DNA from: Eledone cirrhosa
Lineage: Eukaryota
DNA length: 64,000 nt
Direction: 5' to 3'
Assembly (NCBI GenBank): GCA_964016885.1
Contig: OZ024757.1
Span: 2,542,001 to 2,606,000 of the forward strand
Numbering within the stretch: the first letter of the stretch is position 1; each line of letters starts with the position of its first letter. Below the pieces are notes generated by a model. The model searched no databases. It was not told the origin of the DNA and saw nothing but the letters and a program-made list of their open reading frames with translations. Below are positions 55,580-64,000 of this stretch, piece after piece. The position numbers and the translations under genes are program-made.

Positions 55580-56581
55580 TTACTTCCCGCGCATCACAGG
55601 TGTAACGTTGTTGTTGAAGTTCACACTGTTGTTAGTGTTGTTATTGTCTACACCAAAGGAGGTCATCATGAAACAGGAGTTGTGTTTCCACATGTTACGG
55701 CGGAATGTTGTAGCCGTAGTGTCGTCACCTGTAAGTAGATTCAGAAGAACGTCTGGCGGGTCAGACAATGACTCTAGTTGCGCCTTACCTCCTGCACGGC
55801 ACATAGAAGGCGCCTCGCCTGGCCACTTCATTGCCTTGCAGGATGTACAGACATTATCCATTTTGCCAATGGAAAATGTAGGCAGAAGTTCGTAATCCTC
55901 AGAGGCTGCTTTTACCCAGCCTGAGCTCTTTGCAGCAGTAGCTAATGTATGCCGGGAAGGCTTAGCAATAAGCCTGTTGTCTCTGTCTGCCGTGGATTCC
56001 TCTCCAAGCGCTTGTTGATGACGAAGGCGAACCCCAGCAAGCCTCGTCTGACGGGATGTTGGTAACTCCTCTGCAAGCGCTTGTTCGCGACGAAGGCGAA
56101 CACCAGCATGCCGCGTCGAACGGGATGTTGGTGACTCCTCCGCCAGCGCTTGTTGGCGACGAAGGCGAACATCAGCAAGCCTTGTCGTGCGGGATGTTGG
56201 TGACTCAACAAGCCGGGAAAGACGTCTATCAGCGAGTCGAGATTCGCGCTCAGCAGGTGTTTCCTAGAGAAAGTTAATTAATGCTACTGGTTAGCTAAAC
56301 CAAAGGCACTGTGTCAATAGTAAATGAGAAAAGTGTAATATGAACAAAAGGGAATCAAAGTAAGACAATAAATTTAATATAGCTACGATTAGAATGTTGT
56401 AGTTGCTTAAAAGTGGTGACAGTTAGGATAAACGCAGTGCTTGCTAACATTAAGGGAGAATATTGCATAAAGGATTAACCAATTGTGAATGAACGCATAC
56501 CTGAGAACGCCTAATTCGTCGTCTCAAAGCAGTAACTGTATCTTTTTTGAAGGTAAGTCTTGAACGTTTCCGTGTGGGCAT
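55580..56581 (-). CDS. Helitron RepHel N-terminal portion, two exons (56581-56501, 56263-55580), ~254 aa
   Basis: MPTRKRS..RRSQ|ETPAERESRL..., 20-aa repeats, IGKMDNVCTSCKAMKWPGE..GK..PP..NSCFMMTSFG; phase-0 GT-AG intron 56500-56264; no stop in the spliced frame. Confidence 0.72.
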
Positions 56582-56719
56582 AACAACGTGTAACGAAGCT
56601 GTTAGCTTAGAGAGGGGTGATTAAGTACAGAGAGAGGTGACACCAGATTCGCTAGCATGGTTACTGGTGAATGGGAAGGTTTGGAAATATATAATAACTT
56701 ACCGAATTTTATAATAACT

Positions 56720-56977
56720 TACCGAATTTTCCGGCCTATAAAGTGCACTTAAAATACCTAAATTTCATCAAAAAACAGCTCTGCGCTTTATACTCCTGTG
56801 AGCCTTATGTATAAATAATACAATGGTAATCAATCACGGCTCTAACAGAAGTAATAGATCTAGACTAAAAGTAAAGAAGATAGCATTTTCCTGGTTGGCC
56901 TTACACGCCGTTGCGCAGACCTGATTTTAAATGATACGCCTTATATCCCGGTGAGCCTTATAGAGCGGAAAATACGG
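56720..56977. mobile_element. pogo/Tigger-like MITE nested in the Helitron
   Basis: TACCGAATTTTCCGGCCTATAA ... TTATAGAGCGGAAAATACGG terminal inverted repeats. Confidence 0.7.
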
Positions 56978-58984
56978 AAAATACGGAAAAGAATACGAAT
57001 TCATGACCAAGGTGTGACAAAATTGGCGTCTATACAGTGCCTGAAACAAACTTGTCCAAAAAACTGAGATCTTTCTCGAGATCTATCCACCCAAAAGGAA
57101 TCGTTTCTTAGTTACAAAAAATAACCAAAGTGAATAGTAGCTATATTTCTGACATATCATGCCAAAAAGAACAATATATTCAAAAAATTTTCTAAAGTAC
57201 ATTCAATCTCGCTTTTTGACCGATGTCTTAATAAGCAAATTATCGATTTTTTATTAGCTGTCAGTGTTTATCTGCATGCAGGTGTGTACGTGTGCACAAT
57301 CAATTGCACTGCATGCAGATGGTCTATGACAACTAATTAAAAAATTAAAGAACAATAGCAATTTGCAAAAACGCTCATAACATTTAGTCGTAAACAGAAC
57401 AAAAAATGCCATTAGAGGTGGGCTAATAATGGAAAAGACACAAACACTGGTGAACTTACGTTTAAAAACCCGAAAACTTACTCACTTCCTGTGCAAAAGG
57501 CTGTGACAGTAGTGTTATGAATTAAGTAATTTTTTAGAACCTTTTGTTTAAAAAAGGAAAAAATTGGTACGGACGTAACATTTTTTACAACTTTGTATGT
57601 GTCCAGTACAATTTGGTCAAAGTATTATTTAGTAAATTTTTTTCAAAAGGGATGATTATTTAAGACTGTTTGAAAATTTACTCACCGCTTTTAGCTTTTG
57701 GCATTACAAAAGACACCGTTAAATTTGGTTTCCTTTCAGATAGGGATAATACTGTATTTACACTTGAATAAGGGGGAATATGAAAAGTTTAACGCTAAGA
57801 TGTCGACAATCCCCTAGTCCCAATGGGGATTTTTAAATTTAAGGAAGGCGAAAAATGAATTAAATTTAACTGAAATGACATGCAAGTAGTCTAAATAAAT
57901 AAGCACTAACTCACCGATCAGTAAAGTGGGCTAATTCTGTAAAGGTCCGTTTAGTGAGACGACCGGATTTATTGTTGTTCACAAAAAGCGGATTCACACA
58001 AAGAGAAAAAGGCGGTACGCACGTGCGTGCATACCTGTTTGTGTATCTATCGTTGAGAAAACATACTGCTCGTGGTATAGACAGGCAGTCCAATCAATAA
58101 CGCGCGTGAGTCACAGTGTGTGCGTGCTTATATGGGCATATGAAATTGGTTTTGATTGCGCCAGGTGTAAACTAAAAGTGCTTGTGTTCGAATACATACA
58201 CATTAAATTTCATTGAAATCGAAAGGTTTTTGAAAAAAATATGAAAAACATTCTGTCATATATTTTGTTGACTGTACAATTATTTAAGAATTAAGAATTC
58301 TACTCAAAGAACCCTGAATATCTGTTTGTAAAGCCTTCCATTTTCCCATAAAGAAAGGCGTAGATTTGCATATTTCCACAATATTGCGCCATTGATAATT
58401 AAACTATGAATAATTGTCTGCCCTAACTCTTAATGGTCTCATTTAACGCATGATTTATGAGTTTAAAAAACTTTCTGAATTTTTGCAACCTTGGAGTAAC
58501 TCCTAATGGATCTATTATTGTGGTAATATCAAATTTCATTGAAATCGGACAAATTCTAAAAATATCGACTTTTGCCTCTGGGGGTCCGATTATCGATTTT
58601 TTGGAACTTTAATGTAGCCAAAATTCTTCCCTGGATCAAAATACACGCTTGTGTCGAGTTTCATCGAAATCGGACGATTTCTTAATTCTGGGGGGTCCGA
58701 TTATCGATTTTTCAAAAATTTTAAGTAACCTATTCCAATCTACGGGTCGAGTTTTATATATGTGTCAAGTTTCATGAAAATCAGATGAACGGTGTAGCCT
58801 GCAAGTTTGGGACACCAAACAAACAAATAACGCCCAACTTCACTTTATATATTAGATATATATATAGACAGAGTCAAGAATAACATGGTCAACAGTACAA
58901 AAAAGACCCATTTCTCTTGTTTTTCTCTTCTTTTTTCTCTATATCTTTTTCTTTTTTCCTTCTTTTCTCTCTCTCTCTCTCTCC

Positions 58985-59081
<97 letters not shown>

Positions 59082-59539
59082 GTAGAAACTGAGCATATTT
59101 TAACAGTTTTTCTAATGATCTGGTTAAGCTAACATCGTATTTAAAATTGAGTGGCACAGCTTCAAGTGTTCAGCAATTTTTAGACAACTTAATCAGTGAA
59201 ACAATTGTTAAGACTGTAAATAAAAGCCCTTTTCTGTACTGTTGAACATGTTATTCTTCACTCTTTCAATATTATTACTCCAAGATAAACTTACATAGGA
59301 ATACAAGTGAAATCATAAACTCGCCACCTACGGAAACCTCTTGTTGAGTCAAACAACGCCGTACGTTAAACCTACCCACAATACGAAGTATTCACAACCT
59401 CTAACTGGATTACCTATAACGATATTTTGTTATCCCTTATATATATATGTATGCAAAAGGTAAACAAAAATAACAACACAATCGGTACAGTATATGGAAG
59501 GTATATATTAGGTTAACGCTTGATATGGCAGGAAGAGGG

Positions 59540-59575
59540 TCCTAACGTTTCGGACGCTAGTCCTTCATCAGAAGA
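59540..59575 (-). ncRNA. minimal hammerhead ribozyme downstream of a PLE ORF
   Basis: UCUU-CUGAUGA-A GGAC UAGC GUCC-GAA-ACGU-U-AGGA. Confidence 0.85.
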
Positions 59576-60129
59576 AAGCATGAGAAATAATATAGATTGT
59601 GGAGAAGCGCGGGTTGGAATTGGAAAAAATGTCTTTAGATAAAAATAACAGGTCCATTCATGTTGACATCTCTGAACACTAGAATCAGTGCCACTCAATT
59701 TTAAATACGATGTTAGCTCAATCAGAACATCAGAGACTATTACAAAAAATATATAACAGGCAAATCTACAAATTCAAATTACAGCATCAATAATAATATT
59801 AATAATAAAGATAGAGAGAAAAAAAGAAATAAAGAGAGATATATAAAGGAAAGAAAGAAAGAAAAAGGAAAAAGAAAAAGAAAAAAAAGAAAAAGAAAAA
59901 GAAAAAGAAAAAAAAAGAAAAAGAAAAAGAAAAAAGAAAAAGAAAAAAGAAAAAGAAAAAGTAGAAATGAAAACAGAGAAAGATATATAGAGAAAAAAAG
60001 ATATAGAGAAAGAAGGAGAGAAAGAGGAGAGAAAAGGATAAAGGAGAAATAACGTAAGAGAAAAATAAAAATAGAGGAAAGATAATGGTATCAACAATAA
60101 ATGAATAAATGTTAATACATGAATAAACA

Positions 60130-60164
<35 letters not shown>

Positions 60165-60533
60165 ACAAATTACATCGAAGATGATACAAAATGATACAAA
60201 AGAGATACGAAGGTATAAATATGATAATGTTAAATATATTTATGTGTGTATTGGTTATTTTAATAAATTAATTATATAATTAATTAATTATTTGATTAAT
60301 TATTTGAATGTTATATTAGAAGTGAAAATGATATGATAAGATAAAATAAAATGCCAGAGATAAAATAAATTTAGGGAGAGAAATAAAGAGATAGAAAGTG
60401 AAAGATAGAGATACATAAAATATGAATGTTGGTTCATTGATAGATGATGACAATTATAACAATAATGATGATAATGTGATATTATAATAGATCTAAGTGG
60501 TACAATTTGGGTTATGGAATAGATAAGATGGAA

Positions 60534-61315
60534 TTAAGCTGGTCTAAAGTTCTCAAATTTAGTCGCCGTTTTATGCCGACAGAAAATAGTTCTTTCAATT
60601 TTACTGTTAAGAAGCATTTTGTTGTAGTTTAAAATTTGGAAAAGTTCCATATTACAAAGACCACAGTGGGACATGCCAATTTGATAGACCGTTGCTGTTG
60701 ATAGCTTCGTCCAGCTGGTTTTATATTCCATGTTTGCATCTCTGAGTTGCCAGATTTTATTGGCGAGAGTTGTTGTATTTATGAACTTCCTGTTATTCAT
60801 AGAATGTCTATGGACATACTACCTTTTTTAAACTCCCCAGCTGTAGATCCTATGTAGTGCCATGCTAAGCTGCTGAATTTATAGTACATAGGTATACTAT
60901 ATTTGACTCTAGGCATCTATTTTGTAATGGGCATTTGTTAGGTAGATGACAGTTACATTTAGATGCCTTGCTATGTGCCGGTTCTTCTATATGGTTTTGT
61001 AAATTGTTATGTATGGCTGAGAATTGGGTTCGTTGATGTATTGTGTGTTTGGTTGTGATGATGCTATATGCCTATTTGGTGTTATGGTACTTATTTGCGG
61101 GCTACTTGTATTATAAATTCTTTTATAGTTAATTTTATGTGCGATTCTATGTTGTTGGCAGTGGAGTATGATAGTTTGATAGTTTTTCTATTAAAGATTT
61201 TATGATATTTATGAATTTTAGAGAAGTGTTTACCAACTAATTTGAAGAAAGTGTAAGGTAGTTTTGTTTTTATAGAGGAGTTAAACACTGGATTGAACCA
61301 TAAGTACTTTCTACC
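60534..61315 (-). pseudogene. PLE C-terminal linker and GIY-YIG fragment (Hydra-clade-like)
   Basis: WFNP, KHF..HKYHKIFNRKTIKLSYS, CNC...CP, YIGST, CGLC, LLNSKIE...CRH; frameshifted. Confidence 0.8.
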
Positions 61316-61556
61316 TCAATATTATAGTATTAATGTTCATATTATAGTATTAATGTTCTATCTCTTATATTATAGTATTAATGTTCATACACGGAACAAA
61401 GGAGACACCTAAGGTTTCAAGACCCAGTATTAACAATATCTCCAGAATGTAAGAGGGATCAAAGTTGTGACCTAACCTTCAGGTGATCCTACCACTTTAT
61501 ATTTCAGCTCTCTTCCCATTGAGCACCGTTTTCCTTTTTCACACCTACGGATATTG

Positions 61557-61640
<84 letters not shown>

Positions 61641-61771
61641 ACACACACACACACACACATACACACACACAGTTAGCTAATATATATATATATAGTTTCT
61701 GAACATCCCGAAAAAGGGCGAAAGCAAGAATTATTTTCTTAAGCATTTAATCTGTTCTTATGGTAATAATA

Positions 61772-61852
<81 letters not shown>

Positions 61853-61878
61853 TATGTATATATATATATAAATATATG

Positions 61879-61926
<48 letters not shown>

Positions 61927-61978
61927 TGTATGTATGTATGTATGTATGTATGTATGTATGTATGTATGTATGTATATA

Positions 61979-62060
<82 letters not shown>

Positions 62061-62284
62061 CCTACACGTCGGTAGATGTGTCAATAGAGAAATAACTAGA
62101 CAGATAAGATAAAGTCGCTATCTCGACCCACGTACAACTGTCATGGCACCTTCCCTGCCATTGATGACAAATATAGAATATGTGGAGATAAAATACTTTC
62201 CTCTAGACCTATTTACGTATACACACAGATAGCAATTTGCTGCGTTTTCAATGAACTGTGCAGACGCTGATATGATGTGTGTGT

Positions 62285-62316
<32 letters not shown>

Positions 62317-62389
62317 ATACATACTTATCTATGTACAAATGCATATACATACATACACACATATAGTAGTGATGTGAAGTTGGTGTGTC

Positions 62390-62420
<31 letters not shown>

Positions 62421-62487
62421 ATGTGCATATGTATATGTATGTGTATATATATATATAAATATATATAAATACGTATCTGTGTACATG

Positions 62488-62526
<39 letters not shown>

Positions 62527-62669
62527 GTGATATCAAATTGTTCAGTGTATATATATATATATATACATATATGTGTGTGTGTATTCGTACAGAAATTACA
62601 TATACACATGCATATATACACATATACACTCAATATGCTCTAACGCACACTTATATACATACGTATATA

Positions 62670-62702
<33 letters not shown>

Positions 62703-62704
62703 CA

Positions 62705-63262
62705 CACACCCAGTTATCTCTATAATGCCGTATGTATGTATATATGCATGTATGTATAAATATATACACCCAGTCTATGTTATCTCTATAGTACCGTATA
62801 TATGTGTATATGCATGTATGTATAAATATATACACCCAGTCTATGTTACCTCTATAGTGCCGTATATATGTGTATATGCATGTATTTATAAATATATACA
62901 CCCAGTCTATGTTATCTCTATAGTACCGTATATATGTGTATATGCATGTATGTATAAATATATACACCGAGGCTATGTTATCTCTATAGTGCCGTATATA
63001 TGTATATATATGCATGTATGTATAAATATAAACACCCAGTCTATGTTATCTCTATAGTGCAGTATATATGTATAAATGCATGTATGTATAAATATATACA
63101 CCCAGTCTATGTTATCTCTATAGTACTGTATATATGTGTATATGCATGTATGTATAAATATATACACCGAGGCTATGTTATCTCTATAGTGCAGTATATA
63201 TATGTATATATGCATGTATGTATAAATATATACACCCAGTCTATGTTATCTCTATAGTGCTG
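62705..63262. repeat. 66-bp minisatellite (~8 units)
   Basis: CACCCAGTCTATGTTATCTCTATAGT... recurs at 62767, 62833, 62899 and onward. Confidence 0.92.
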
Positions 63263-63820
63263 TAATTTTTGCATAAAAAAACTACTTTCTAAACATATGT
63301 TGTGTGTTTTGATAGACAATATTAGGTGTGTGTGTGTATGTGTGTATGTGTGTATGTGTGTATGTGTGTGCGTATGTGTGTATGTATATGTATGCGTGTG
63401 TATGTGTGTATGTGTGTGTATGTGTGTATGTGTGTGTATGTGCGTATGTGTGCGTCTGTGTGTGTATGTGTGTGTGTGTGTATGTATGTGTGTGTGTATG
63501 TGTATGTGTGTGTGTGTATGTGTGTGTGTGTGTATGTGTGTATGTGTGTATGTGTGTATGTGTGTGTGTATGTGTGTATGTGTGTATGTATATGTGTGTA
63601 TGTAGGTGTGTGTGTATGTGTGTGTCTGTGTATATGTATGTAGGTGTGTGTGTGTCATCTGTGACTGGAGGTAACAGTGCATATATATAAGTGGTAAATA
63701 GGGAGGTAGCCCTAGGGCCAAGGACACCAGAAGTCTCCACTGCTACAGGTAGCCAGCTCAGCGCCTATGGTGGTGAGTAGGGAGATAGCCTTAGGGCCAA
63801 GTACACATGAAGAAAATTAA

Positions 63821-63920
63821 TTGTCGCAGGAATGCTACTACTTAAAATAAAATGTCGCCGGAGATAGGTTAGCAACATTTAATAAGCGAGGGGTGGGGTG
63901 ATGGAATAAGACCGGTGGGG
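63821..63920 (-). repeat. dispersed repeat homologous to 451-550
   Basis: Reverse complement aligns across ~100 bp (CTTATTAAAT..CTCCGGCGA.AT.TTATT.TAAGTAG.AGCATTCC.GCGACA). Confidence 0.75.
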
Positions 63921-64000
63921 TTATTCGAGATTATATGGTGAAGTGTTGGTGGTTTAGGAGGGTGGTGGACTGATTCAGGACATTGGTAGAGTGCTGGACT

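Larger units (their letters stand above)
55512..58856 (-). mobile_element. internally deleted Helitron with both termini
   Basis: 5' A|TCTAATATATAAAG at 58856; 3' CCCGGGCAACGCCGGG hairpin + CTAG|T at 55512; RepHel N-terminal coding remnant; subterminal repeats 58530-58800. Confidence 0.9.

Overview
Eukaryotic, AT-rich and almost entirely repetitive window with no confidently identifiable host protein-coding gene. The tRNA-derived SINEs resemble those of octopod cephalopods (inference). It contains micro- and minisatellites, about 10 SINE copies, decayed LINEs (a near full-length RTE, a near full-length L1/Tx1 and RTE-BovB fragments), three different Penelope-like element (PLE) ORF remnants, two non-autonomous Helitrons with both termini, and pogo/Tigger-like MITEs. 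One Helitron retains a spliced, open N-terminal RepHel ORF. The main hidden signal is about 20 complete and several half type-I hammerhead ribozyme motifs (CUGANGA...GAAA) from many unrelated sequence families. They sit in short non-coding units embedded in (TA)n tracts and often carry an inverted copy of their own 3' end, forming long fold-back palindromes. Some have unusual, greatly expanded or branched stem II domains. Most long ORFs in the supplied track are artefacts of simple repeats. All folds and alignments were made by eye.
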